A DNA stretch of 61,446 bases, counting the filler, from Choristocarpus tenellus KU-1152 (lineage: Eukaryota > Protista > Phaeophyceae), in NCBI GenBank assembly GCA_964200185.2. It is 10 parts of 10 records of this genome, joined end to end, with 100 filler letters (N's around TTAATTAATTAA, not from the genome) between each part and the next. Parts side by side here need not be neighbours in the genome. Positions count along the whole stretch, not along the records: positions 33,724 to 52,625 come from CAXNAD020000509.1; 9 more parts are not named here. One strand, 5' to 3'. Every line of letters begins with the position of its first letter. Position 1 is the first letter of the stretch. Shown piece by piece: positions 37,601 through 51,223 of this stretch. The position numbers were made by a program, and so were the translations under genes. The notes beneath the pieces are model-generated. The model had not been told where the DNA came from, searched no databases, and saw only the letters and a program-made list of their open reading frames with translations.

Positions 37601-40600
37601 ACTTGACCTCACAAACACCCCCACCACTCCTCCCTTACTCACCCCACTGTATGTACTAACTGTATGTACTAACTGTATGTACTAACAGGATACCACGGAC
37701 AAGAACCTTGACAACTCCCCACCAAAGCCATCTTCGGGAGGGCTTCCACCCCCTAACCCTTACCGTGGTGCCCGCCCACGTGTGAACTCTGGTCCAAGCA
37801 AGAACAGCTATACAGCCCCATCACCTACATATGTGTCACCAGCCAGCAAACAAGGGCTAAAACGTCTCCGTTTCTACTATGGCCAGGTGAGGAGTGGCTC
37901 AGTGATGGTGACATTTGGTATGGCCTTGACTCTGCATTCATTGAGCATTTGCCATCAATGCTGTGGCATGAATAGCTATGACTGTTGTTGGTTGGTAGCT
38001 AAGTAGGTGCATACTAGCTCATGTAGCAGTATTGAAGTACTGGATAAGTATAATTTGGGTTGTGTGATGGACAGAAGTGTCGCTCACTATCTGTTCTGAT
38101 AGGTGCAACTTTCCTTGAAGAGACATTTTTGACCTTGAAGATGGTTAAGATGGCAGCTATTGTGGTAAGAGCTTGTGGGTTTAACACTGAAATGTATATA
38201 TTGAAGGGGACTGGGGAAGCCTATGCAGCCTTTTTTTTCTGTCCTCAAGTTGTTTGTGGTAATGTGCATCACTACATTATGTTTAGAACCGCCCTAACAC
38301 TTACTATACTCCCGGTGCACTTGCATAGCTAGAAAGATGTGCACATTTGAATACATCTACCCAGTGGTACGCTAAACTTGATAATTGCAGTGTCTGTTGA
38401 GGTTCTCGTTAATCTTAATCTTATATTCTTCTTCATTCATCATCCATCAGCAGATATGTGTACTTGCATCATGCAGCCTGTGCCCCCCTCATGGCATCCT
38501 TTGTGATGTAATCTTGATGTTGTGATTGTGTCGTTGATTGTGTCTTTTGTTGATGCGACTCTATCTTCAGTTGTTTGCCCAGGACCTGCTCGTGGTGGTG
38601 GTTGTTATGACATATGCCTGCATGGCTCCAGTGGTGCTGATTGCCGCCCTCATGTTCTTTGGATATGCTCAGATCATCTACCGCCACCAACTTCTGTAAG
38701 AAAACTCCTATTGGTGCAGCAGCATGATTTGAAGGATGCTTGATGCCATTCTTGAGAAATGTGCTCTCTAGTAAGAGCTGTGATAGAGGTGTTGGTGAAA
38801 GTGTATTTTTGTAGTTTGCTTGTGTTGAATTTTCGAAATAGTGTTCAAAAAAGAACAAAAGAATGCTCAGAATTGTAGAGGTTGAGAGGATGGAGTTGGG
38901 ATCTGGTTACTCTCTGCTCTCTTCTTGAGCGCAAGGGGGGTTAGGTGATTCTCTACCAAATGCACATATTGAGGCTTTGGATCATTGTTACTAGATTTTA
39001 TTATTACTATTAATATATATATTTATATATATTGGAGACCACAAACCACATTGACTTGAAGGCGTTTACTCGTCTTTTTGTTGCCCTGTATGGAGTACGC
39101 CTGTATGGAGTATACTATCTATCTTGTAGCCTGTAGATAAGTGAATGTGTGAAGTCTTATTTCACAGCTTTATTTGTACACGCATTTTAATCTCAACATG
39201 TAAAGTGTTCTGTTTCCCACCACTGTTTGATGCTTGGCAGCTATGTTTATGTTCCAGCTTTTGAGAGTGGGGGGAGTTTTTTCCCTAAGGTATTTCGCCG
39301 TTGGGTGTTTGCACTTTTCACGGCACAGGCTACCATGCTAGGCATGTGCCTGCTGAAGACTGGCTTCAAACAAGCAACCTCTCTGGGGTTGCTCATGGTG
39401 CTGACTTACATCTTCAAGGTATGAAGAAAATTGTATGTGAAGATAACATGGCAGTGGAGCTTTTTAAAAGTGAACCTATTTCTAACCCTAACCCTACAAG
39501 ATTTTCCGCCAAGCACTGATATTGCAAAGGGTGTGAAAACCAAACTTATCACCACGGTGGTCTCTGTAGAGATGTGGAGTGTGTCTGTAAACATTGAAGT
39601 ATAAATGGGACTTGTACATTTCTTGGCTATGGCTGCGCTGTGTGTGAAGTGGCAACATATATTGACTCGTGTTCTGATGAGAGAGCAGATGCAAGACTCT
39701 TGTCTGACATAAGATGCATATCTGTTGTGGTGAGAACATTGCGAAGTTAATATTAGTAGTACCAATTTTCAGTTGCTCACAGTGGAGCTGTGAGAGCTCT
39801 ATAACGGAGCAGTTACTAAATTCATATTTAATCCCTGTTTCTCCACCATTTGTGCACACACCTGTGGAGAGCAAGTTGCTACGAGGTTATGTTCTCTTTC
39901 CCCAGTATATATTAGATGTTTGAGAAAAATAAAAATTTAAATTTAAAAACTGCAGGAGGATGCAAACTGTCCATTTCTGATCTTTTCAGGTTCTTTTTTG
40001 AGGATTTTACATTCTTTCTGGATGGACTTTTTAAAACATGAACCTTGAAAATATTGCACAAAATCTGTCAACAGTCATCCAGTTTTGTGTGTAAGGTATT
40101 TGATACATTTGTCATTCTAAAATCGTTCATAGTACAGCTATATAGAGTCAGGCATATTCACTGAGTCTGCACAAGCAACGTACGTCATGGGTTTGAATCC
40201 CATGTAAGAATTGTTTGCCTTCTTCAGGAGTGTTTTGTATATGAAGGGCAGGCAGCAACGCAAGTGTGACAGGGACCTTGCTTTGCCAGTATCACTAGAA
40301 CCAGACCATGTTGGGTGCCCCTGCAGACTACCTTGACCTAGCCCTTTTCAGGCAGGTGGGTAGACTGGCCCTGATCAGGAAGTCTTTAAGTTAGATTAAA
40401 ACCCTTAGACCTTGATTTTGTGAATGAGGAGTGTATACGTGGAATTTCATAACACACTACTATTAAGACAAGTTCCAATGAAATCTGTCCTTGAAGACCT
40501 CAATGTAAGTAGACGTGTCTCTCCGGATTAGTGCATGCTAGACGACTTCAATGCCCCTATATGAGGTGCACAGCAGACTATTTAACAGTAATAGCTTATT

Positions 40601-41024
40601 GCCCCAAGGCTGTAGGGTGAGAGGTCCGTTGATCCTCTGCAGCATACTCCTCAGGGTAGAGGCAAGTAGTGTTCCAACCATGTTTTTTTTTTTACAAATC
40701 TCAACCACATTGTGTTCTGTTGCTGGCTCTCCACACTCCCCTCTCCACTCTCCCCAATTTTGACTGTAGCGCAAAATGCGAGAGATGTATGAGCCGGTTT
40801 CGTTCTGTCTACCTTTGGAGATGGCCACTGGATTGGATCTCGACTTGCATAGGGTATCAAGCACAGAGGGGGAAGTTGAAATGTTGACTGGGGAGTTTGA
40901 GTGGGATGGGGACTACCTTCCCAACCCAGATGAGTACATGCAACCTGAACTCACGGAGCCGGCCTACCTTCAGCCTGAGCAGCTATTTGGGGACTTGGCA
41001 ATCAAGGCTGGTACATTTCTATAA
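34608..41024 (+). CDS. CSC1/OSCA/TMEM63 (ERD4-like) calcium-permeable channel, 3' portion; 5' end lies outside the contig
   Basis: Exons 34608-34727, 35620-35745, 36197-36304, 36805-37011, 37689-37886, 38571-38695, 39241-39418, 40770-41024, phase-consistent. The 7TM region shows RYFSFQVLNVFLITTVAGS, LLGETLPKVCGFFCNYVI, TYACMAPVVL..FFGYAQIIYRHQLLYVYVPAFESGGSFFP, and a C-terminal YMQPEL. Confidence 0.9.
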
Positions 41025-44000
41025 ATGACCATTGTTGATCCAATGTGTATCATGTACATGCATGCGTATAGGATGTGCTTCGCAGAGTGGGCATGTTTGG
41101 TTGTCCTAAAATTGGTATGTGGATAAGTGTGATTTACATAGTTGACTTGCCCACCTACGCTCTTTGATGTTGTTGATGTTTTCATACACATGGGGCTGCA
41201 CTTTGTTTGGCTGTGTGTTGTCAGACCTTGTATACTGAATGCTATATTACCCAGTTCATGGGAGTCAAGTCTTGCGTTGGGATTTTTGTTTGGGATGTTT
41301 GATGTGGGCAGCAAGGTCCACATATTTTGTTGTGGAGATGTGTGCTGATTAGCTTTTTTGGTTTCAAATGTGCATTTTTTTGAAAATTTTTCCCACCCCT
41401 TGGGGTATTTTGTCTCTATCCCTTGATGCAAAAATCGTTTTCAGTTTTTTAGGTGTTTTGAGGAGTCTATCCACATCGCATTGCATCACCTTGGGAAGGG
41501 CTAGGGTTTCATTTGCTCTATGTTGAAAGTGTATGTACTGCAGATGTGTAGGTATGACAGGGTGAAGCAACAGATTGAAGTAGTACACTGAGCACTCTGG
41601 GGTGTGTTGTTCATGAGATTAGACCATTGCCAAACCCAATATTTTTTACAGTGCTTTTCATCAAGTGAGGCAAATCTGAAGGAATCAGTCTGATATTTCC
41701 TGACATGTCCTTGCCATGGCCATCAGAGATTATATCCTGATGGCGCCACAGGCCATCCTGCAGCTATGCTAATACAATGACTGTATGAGCATGACCACGT
41801 CTGATCCTAATAAAATTCATCACAAAGGACTACAAAGGGTGAATGAAGGAATGCATGTATGTTTTTTTTTAGGTAATCCCACATGCATCTGGACCATTTT
41901 TGACCAGGCTAGACAGGAAGAGTAAACCTTGGACAGGAAATATTTCACTATGACCGCATTTATGTGCCAGCCTAAGTACTAACATATTCTAACAGGACTA
42001 ACCCATGACGTTCAACTGTTTTCAAGATATCCAGGCAGTTAGCATGGACTGGCCCATGGCCATGACCTGGACCCAGGCCAGCCATGCTAACTGCCTGGAC
42101 TGATGGAAAGTTGCGTTTGTTTTATGATGTTCCTGCTATGAAATTAAAGGATGCTACTGAAAAGAGGAGAGTTGTGAGGATTGAAGAAATTCATACTGGT
42201 CATACTATTGCATGAGTCTGGGGATAATGTATTAATGAGCAGTTTTGGTCATATCTTTCCCCTACTTTTTATACCTTAAATAAATTCAAATTGGAAACAC
42301 TCGGACTGAAGGTCATCCAACTATATATTTTGCAGGGGGAGCTTTCAATAAACTGCCACCACCTTTGACATGGTTCTCATATTGATTATATATTTTCAAG
42401 CAGAACCTACTCAGAATCTGCATAGACTTTGCTAAGCCTGTCTAGCACTATACCTTGTAACGTCACATTTTGAAATATTCTGATCTTTAATTGTTATTTT
42501 TTTATAAATTCCCAAAGCTTGGCATCCGTTCCTGTTGCACATATAGTGGTAAATGTATGATAGCAGTATTGAATGGTTCTAATGAAGGTTTATGGAATGT
42601 GAGAATACTTTGTGGGGGTTATTTTTTTCTCAAAACAAACCCCGACTATGTTCAAAGTTACCCTAACCCTGGTGTGTATGCCTGGGAATTGCTTGGGATT
42701 GATTGACTGTTAGTATCAATAATGGGTACTGGAAACTGTCGACTATTGAGAGGGTAAACTCTTTTTGCACTTTCTTCAAGATTTTTTTTTGTGAATAAAT
42801 AGGAGCCTACTGGGGAATCATCATGATGTCCAAACAAAGATATTTTGGCAGGCAGGCATGGAAATCATTTGTATGCACAATCATCTCACCCTCCTGTTGT
42901 CCCAAGGAACAAAACACCTCGTGATAGTTTGGTTAACAAATTCTTTGTGGGCGGAGTAGGTCAAACAACTGAAACAATGCGCTCGATGGGTTTCTTTCAA
43001 GTTGTCTCCTATCAAATAGGTGCTGCATGGAAGAGCTACCTACCATGAATTCAAAAATTATTTCGGACGGGGGTTTCAGTACAATGTTGGGGTGAGGATT
43101 CAATTGAGTGTGCACAAACACAACAAATGCACGTAACTATGAGTGTTAATTCGGAAATCTGTGTGGGGATAGCAGTCCTAGAAGTGGTGGGCTTTGGGGG
43201 ACACCTACTCTCCCAGTCATACTACTCCCTACAACTCACTACCTTTCCTAATATGATATTTCCGATTTTGCACAATGTTCCCCCTTTCTTAGAGCCAGCA
43301 GATAATGGAGGGAAGGGGGGGCGTTCTTGCAACCAGGTCAACAAAAGACCCAAGGTGTAGGTGTGGATACTGCATACTACTGCTCTTCTCTTGGGTTCCA
43401 ATGAGAAATTGAAGTAATCAATCTACTGTATTGCTATAGTTCGAAGATGAAATCAACATCTTGATGACAACTAGTTTTAGTATATATATTAGGTACTTCT
43501 AAGGTGACACTTCAAAAATTTATGTCATCAACAAAAAAAAATGGATCCCACAGGTCACTAAACCACATTAAAGAAAGGGTTTTCACACCATGCTTACTGG
43601 TCCACAATATAATACACTAACTCGAATACTCTATGAGCAGAAGAGTTGAACTTATGCTACAAAACTGAGGATCATAGGAGGAAGAGGAGTTAAGGACGAC
43701 CTCGATCTTATCCCAGTCCATACACCTTTCTAGAAAAAAATGGTCTCCAATATTGTAGTGTGTTACTCTGGCCTCTCAATGGAGACCCTGAATCTATTTA
43801 TTATCCAGAACTACTTCATGCTAACAAACCCCATTGCCCTCTACATAGCAATACTTCCACCTTTTGAGTGCCTGGTACTTGAGGGGGGACACATCAAAAA
43901 TAGAACCGGGAATTCTCCTGCTCTCAGATGGATTGGTAATACATATATCAATAATGTTGAGGTACAAATGTTGAGGTACAGGAGTACGTAGCACAAGGGG

Positions 44001-44099
44001 GTTCAACACTGGCTGAGGTTCATGCCCACCAAAAGGACGATGCTGAAGACTCTTTTGACAAAGTACTTGTTTGTGTGAAGTAGTTGGCAAACATGTTTA

Positions 44100-44420
44100 C
44101 TAAGTTAGTAGGACAGAAACGAGGAGAGGTTGAGTGTGGCTAAACAAGGCTTTCATAACAGTAATATCACATCCTTTGTGTGTGGCACTTAGCAATACTA
44201 CGGTGTACTTGGTATCAAAGACGTACTCAAGATCATTGCATCAGGAGGAGTCGTAGGTTTGTGGTTGGCCATCATGCTCAGAATGTCACTACTACCACCA
44301 GCAGCAACAACATATCGTACCTGATCAGAGTATTGAGCATACCAGCTGCACCCTATGTGTCCATGCACTCTCCGTAACATCAGAAGTGTGTTGGCTTCTA
44401 CATGATCCTGGCACTGACTG
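44100..44420 (+). mobile_element. Highly decayed Copia reverse transcriptase fragment
   Basis: RTETRRG*VWLNKAFI..RFVVG..TSSNNISYLIRVLS..AAP..H resembles the Copia RT pattern RDR..G.LWLSQ..YI / YRS.VG / TRPDISYAV.VLS..P...H. A weak integrase-like trace (NSLWAE) also occurs near 42910-42990. Confidence 0.4.
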
Positions 44421-44668
44421 GACTTTTTCCAACAAAATATAGCTCATAAGGTATCAACTACACCATACAGCGATGTTCTTGCAATAAGTAAGGCCAGCAT
44501 TGACATTCATCTGCAGCTTGTAAGAGGTTATCTTGTCTTTTTGGAGCAACAATAACTAGAAATTCGAGTGACATATTACTCACATCTAGTCGTACGTTCC
44601 AAATAAATGCATGTTCTTCTTGTATGACTAGTCAATTCACAGGTACTCGGTAGCGACAAATTACACAC

Positions 44669-44966
44669 CACATGCTAGCAATATTAATACTGCCTCACAT
44701 GCTAGCAATATTAGCACTGCCTCACATGCTAGCAATATTAGCACTGCCTCATATGCTAGCAATATTAACACTGCCTCACATGCTAGCATTATTAGCACTG
44801 CCTCATATGCTAGCAATATTAGCACTGCCCCACATGCTAGCAATATTAGCACTGCCTCACATGCTAGCAATATTAGCACTACCCCACATGCTAGCAATAT
44901 TAGCACTGCCTCACATGCTAGCAATATTAACACTGCCTCACATGCTAGCAATATTAACACTGCCTC
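44669..44966. repeat. 27-bp minisatellite, 11 copies
   Basis: Unit CACATGCTAGCAATATTAGCACTGCCT, head-to-tail with no spacers. Confidence 0.95.
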
Positions 44967-46433
44967 CCTTTCCAGGTCTTTGATTCACAACCAACCCCAC
45001 CCAGCCCAAATCAGCAAATAAAGAAAAAGCATGGAACTTTTTTTTTGGTCACATTTTGGACTTGGAATTCCTTTGGACTTGAGACTCGAGGCAGCCCCAG
45101 TTGGACTGAACCCATCTTGTTTATATTTTCAAGTAACTGCATAACTGTAACCCAGTAGCATTCAAAACAGGTTATTTAACGGGTCACAAGTCTTATACTT
45201 AAGAGTGGGAGGACAAGACACCTGTTGATACTGCATAGAGCTTCCATTGGAAGGCGTACTCAACAGGAACTTAGAAAGAGCCAAGGTGCTGGTGACCTTT
45301 ATCTACACATCTAATGTGTGCAGAATATGAGGGAGTAGATAAGTTTCCATTGACCCTCAATATGCTCTTTGGTTCCATTGGGAGGACTTCACATGACAAA
45401 AATTCAACAAAAGAAATGAGAAGAATGAGATACACGTGTGTTTGTCCTTTCATTAATTTGGACTGTCTCAGCAAGAACTTCCAAGCATGACAGTGCATAG
45501 TCGCTTCAACCACAGAGTAGCTGTTGGTATGTGGATGTGGATGTGAAAAATAATGAAAAGATCTGTTTTACGCACTTTGAACAAAGGTGCACTGTGCCTG
45601 CCCTCTGAAGCCATGAACACGTTGAGGGGTAGACATTGTGTTCAACTTGTGATGTGAGCCTTCCCTTTCCCCCCGTGAAAATGCAATCAACCCACTAGTT
45701 TGCAGCATGGGAAAAGTAAACCAGATAACTTCAACTTTGAAGTATTTCTAAATAGCCACCCTTGAGGGCTACACGATACATGATGTGCCATCTACATCAA
45801 TGACCCAAAGGGTAGCAACAGCAGAGGATACCATTTGTACACAATATACCAATCCATACTTGTAGAGGAAATGGAGTGTAGTAGCATGCAGTGACTACCT
45901 CTTGCAGTCAAATTGTATATTTGAAATTGTGCTAACTTCTACCCTCTAGAACAGTATTAGCGGTGAGATATAGTGATACAAAAAAAAGAAACCACGATAT
46001 AATTAAACTGACAAGCTCATACTCCTTGGTTAGCACCTACCTATTCATTGGTGATTTGTGCGTGAAGGTTTGAGTGCTATTCATCAAACAGTTCACACAA
46101 CCGGACCACACTAGCAGTGCCCCCACACAATGAACACACCAAAAAAGTTGGAAAGAAACTGATTATAAACAAACATCACCCACAGCATGGAAAAAAATGA
46201 AAATAAAAGACAAATGTAATACTGTGGTGGGTTGAAGCAAAGTGAGGTAGAAATTGATACAAAGATCTAAAAGTCTGGTCCCTGCACTGAACAAAAAAAA
46301 TGTGTATGTTGTGAAACAGTGTCAATTGCCAAGAGTGTACTGTCCTTGGTTTGAAGGGGTACTTATCACACCTTCAACGGCTGCACGGTACCACATTTTC
46401 AAAATCAAGTCCCTCTACCACAATCAGCAGCAC

Positions 46434-46717
46434 TCATGTTGACTTCACTAAGGGAACATACACCACATCCAACAGTCGCTTGGTTGTGAAACTTTCCATT
46501 AGGGGTGCATCATCTCCTGTACGTTCCACCTAATGACAGGGTTAGGGAGTAACATCAAAGATACATGGTACAACACAGGTATAAGAACTCATTCAATCCA
46601 TGCAGTTAAAAAAGGACTACCCATACTGACAGCATTGCATTGCACTCAAGGGGTGAAAAACCAAGGCCTGTGAGGCAGGTAAGAGCTACATCATATCATC
46701 ATGATAACAATAGCATT

Positions 46718-46753
<36 letters not shown>

Positions 46754-49700
46754 AATAATAATAATAATAATAATAGTTGTGATATGAAAAGATCCCTCCT
46801 CAAGTTGAAATCATTTAAGACATAACCATCATACATAGACCTATAGTATCAAACATAAGTCAAAAGTTGGTTACATTGATGATTTCAATACAAAAAATAG
46901 ACATTTCCACCAACCAGATACTGGGTAGATCAATGTATCAGTATGACATTACAAATCATAGTCCATATTCTTATGCGGCAATCTGCCATTGGTTTCTTTC
47001 ATAGTAGTCGGTCATAACATTCCACCAATGTTTACCATTTTTAATTTGGTACTTCACACATTTCATTACTGGGACATACCAATCTTCTTCTCATCCTAGT
47101 ACACTTGAGATGCACTTTACTTCTAATCCTAGTACATCAATCACAACACCCAAAGTCTTATATTTTAGCTCTTGTGTAGGAAGAGTACCTCCAGTACCTC
47201 TAGTACCTCTAACAATGCTTGTGCTGACGACTGTGGCCCAACAGGTACAATCATGCGACCTCCCACCCGGAGCTGAGACACCAGCTCGAGGGGGATTGAT
47301 TCTGCAGCAGCACCAACATGGATGGCGTCAAACGGCGAACCTTCTTTCCAGCCCTTCCACCCATCTCCCACCTGCAACAAGAGATCAAAGATGTGGAATA
47401 CACAGAGATTACAGGATGTGACACATACTCACTACCAACTATAATACACTACTACAGCATGTCTACAATTAATAGTAAAAGTAAGAAGGAAACCTCATTT
47501 ATAAACACACATGTTCAAGACTCACACACATCTTCAATAAAACATTCATAGTAATCTATTTGAACTTCAATAAAATATTCATAGTAACCTATTTGAACTT
47601 CAATAAAATATTAATAGTACGCCATACTGTACTAGTGATTCAACATTGATAGGGCTCCAAATAATATATGGAAAATTCGCATAAATGTTTCTACCAACTT
47701 TGACCCACAGCAAGGGGGTGGAGATGCCTGTTTACAGCATTCAACAATAGAATACAACCCCACATAGTGAGGAGTTGATGACAGGGCAGGGAGTATGAGG
47801 GTGAGGCAAATAAGGAAGTGAAGTGGGGATTTATTTCTACTGTGTCAATACACACAAAATATTTTCTTAGGGTTAGGGATAGGAGAAATTAATATAAATT
47901 AATATAAATTAGAACAAATTTAGTTGTCCTCTGTTGATATGGATCAAATATTATTGTCACTAAACTACTATCACTATTTCCTTTGTTATCCCTTCACAAA
48001 CACTACACAAAATCAACAGTATTTTAGAAGCATTACAGGCAATAAACATCCCTTGAACACATAGCAAACCCCTCCTACTCCATATCATGTGTCCTACTGC
48101 TATGGTATATAGTTAACATCATACTCCACTGTAGACTCTAGCAGAGGGTGGGACACATTATGAGAGACGGAACAGGAGAGACCGTCAAGCTTATCAAAAA
48201 AAGAATGTGAACTTATTAAATAAAGAGTGTGAACTTATCAAATAAAGAATATGAACTTATCAAAAAAAGAATGTGAACTTATCAAATAAAGAGTGTGAAC
48301 AAGAGTGACACTAAGCAAGAGCTATCCTGTTGGATGACAAGACCATGCTGGGTGACAATTCAAGCGAATCAGGAGCAGGAAGGATAACCTGCTGCCAGCT
48401 CACCATGAGATGTATCCGCCCAGATGATAGGAGATTTTCATCATCTGCATTCAAATTTTCTCGAGACAGATCAACAAGTTCTGGTATATAGTCCTGGTAG
48501 AAGGTAGGGAATGCCAAGTTCAATTCTGACCATTGTAAAGCAAACACGATGGTGTCGTTAAGACTATTGCTGAAAAATTAAGGAAAGAGTTGCAATTTTA
48601 GTAGGGAAGGGAAAGGAAATGTTTAAAAATTCTAGAAACACATACCATATCAATCATCTGGGACTCAGCTTGATCCCAAATTTTACTGACATCATAAGCT
48701 GTATCTGATTTTGGAAGAACATGTGAGCATGACTTTGGAAACAGGACAAAAATACAGTAATCAGGAATAGGAAAAAAAACATATAAATCATCTCATGATG
48801 CTATCCCATTGGTATATTACCCTAAACGTTGTAGGGGACATGTGATGCCCAGCATGACAAATTTGACATTTTGAGGGAGCCCCTGCAGGTATTGATACAT
48901 CAACAACCTAGACCAGGAGAGGAGACATAGACTTCAACAGTTACATTACTTGGCAAAAATTATGAAAGGGGGGCATCATGGAGGCTGAACAAGTTATGTT
49001 CCCAGTCAACTCTGCTTGCATCCTGCGTTGGAGTTACATGACCTCACAGAAAAGGAACTTGAGAAGAAATGGGAAAAACCATTTGATCCAACCCAACAAA
49101 AAATAGACCCTTGACCACACAACCACAACTAGTTGAATGCGTATCGCACATAGAGGCAGGCAATAAGATGCAGGCAGTCCTAACTGTCACAGAGGACAAG
49201 GAGTATCCCATCACATCATCACCATACCAATGAATTCTGTATACTGCAGTGGTTGCTTGTGTTTCAATATCATGTACTGAAAAAGCTATTCTCGTTTTTT
49301 TGTTTCTTGCCCCTGACTTGTAACTGACTGTTGTTGAAGAAGAAGAAGCAAAATACTTCATTACTAGTATCAAACAAAAAAATCGATCTTTTTAAAATGA
49401 CGCTCTTGGGAGGTGCAACATGTTAGGTTCAATATGATCGTCCCTCCTGTCAGACACTTTTTGACACACCATGGCATAGACGGTTGCATCTTGTCCAGCT
49501 AGCCTTGCAAACGCGGCTTTGTTGCATCCAGTTGTTTCCACAAACACAGCAACAGCAAAGGGAGAATAGACATAGCATCACCACAAGACAACAACCACCA
49601 AGGACCATGAAGTCAGTTCACAGGACAAGCAACAGTACGTCAGACACACACAAAGTGAAAGTGGACGAGGGGATGATGTGTATGTATGATGACACCCTAC

Positions 49701-51223
49701 ATCAAAGACTAACCCTAACCCTAAGTGAACATGCCAAGAAGTTGTTACAAAAAATCCCTTGACTCCATTCGAGTTTCACAAAAAAAAAGAGTTTCGAGGA
49801 AAACATTGGTACTGAGTTTCACCTGCAAGCAAGCCTGAAAGGTGTTGAGTACGGTGTTGAGCGGTGTTGGTGCTTGAGAAAAGAGTATAGTTGATGCGTT
49901 CTTCTATGTAAATTGATGGTGAGACATAATTTTGAGTTGTAAATGAGGTTACACTTGAGGAAACACAAATCACACAAAAATAAACAGAAAAATCTAAAAT
50001 GACTTCAGTACACAGATAAAAAAAAAAAAAAACAGGTACGTGGAACTTGTTAGAATTTACTATTACTATTACTATTACTATTAATACTATTATTGGGATT
50101 GAGACCTACCACTATCAGTCAAGCAGGATAATATCTTGGCTAAGGGAGATGGCCCAAGTTAGGGTTGAACGAGGCTGAGGAGAGAGAGAGAGGTCACAAA
50201 GTTGTGCTTCATGTTTCATATCGATAGAGGCAGGTCTCGAGAGGTCAACCTGTAGCATCCAACTGAACCCTTGCACTGCTCTGGATGCCAGGTATCAGTC
50301 TTGCTCACAACCTAGGTGGGTAGCAACAATCGCCTACTGTGTGCACACCTGCAAGGTAACCTGAACCACATCCTACATCCAGCACTTTTGCATTGTGGGC
50401 AGGAATCACCTCGTCCAACAGCTCCAGCACATGGCCATGCATATGGGGAGCAGAGATAGTGGCTCCATAACCGAGATACTGAGGCCTGCCAGTCGAGAGA
50501 GAAATGTTCTGTTCCCACCTACATGGATAAGCATTTGCGTAGCTTCTATTGTTGATCTCGTGGATTTAAATGAGTACCGATCTGTCTGGGATAGCAATAC
50601 ATGAGCCAATGCCCAGTACAAGAGAAAAAAGCCTGAAAACGTTATTAAGAAGTGCGTTGACACAATATCAACATTGGGCTGGCTACCCCACAAAGGTAAG
50701 AGAGCGAGAGCACTGGTCTAGCAATACTACCTGGTAACCATAGCACAATCGAAGCATAGTGCCAATTCTCAATGATGGAAAATGAGAATATAATTTGCAC
50801 CTGTCTTGGTAAGGCTGTTGAGAGCTGTAGTATCCCCGATCAGTTGCCTCCATGGCTTGAACAGCTCGTACTGAATGGATAATCCCAGAGTCTGTAGGTT
50901 TGGCACAGGGACAGTTGAGGGACCCATATATATATATATAGAGAGAGAGAGACATCTTTCGTAGGCCAAAACTTTCCATTACAGTGCTAGTAAGTCCTAG
51001 AGCTACGATCAATTCACACAGCACCAGATACACACAATGAATACACATGCATCGTAGGTAGCATCATATTTGCTGTTGTCACTTTTCCACAACAAGTGCT
51101 ACACCTACTACTGAAAAAAAAAAAAAAAACTTGACCATATTCCTTCTGCATCTCACCACGAAGATTCTTGACTAGGTCCGCATTGGAGGTTCCGCTGCAA
51201 CGCCACGACCCTGTTGGTTTCAT
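46434..51223 (-). CDS. PCMT1: Protein-L-isoaspartate(D-aspartate) O-methyltransferase (PIMT), complete, ~230 aa
   Basis: Exons 51223-51157, 50891-50801, 50485-50349, 49516-49470, 48493-48404, 47371-47207, 46529-46434. All GT-AG and phase-consistent (693 nt). Motifs: [48 protein letters not shown] (SAM motif I), [38 protein letters not shown]. Confidence 0.95.
46718..46773. repeat. Compound (AAC)n(AAT)n microsatellite in a PIMT intron
   Basis: Directly visible in the sequence. Confidence 0.95.
48188..48300. repeat. ~22-bp minisatellite, ~5 copies, in a PIMT intron
   Basis: Unit AACTTATCAAATAAAGAGTGTG. Confidence 0.9.

Noticed and set aside
44669-44966. CRISPR-like array
   Set aside because: Units are contiguous with no unique spacers, there are no cas genes, and the context is eukaryotic.
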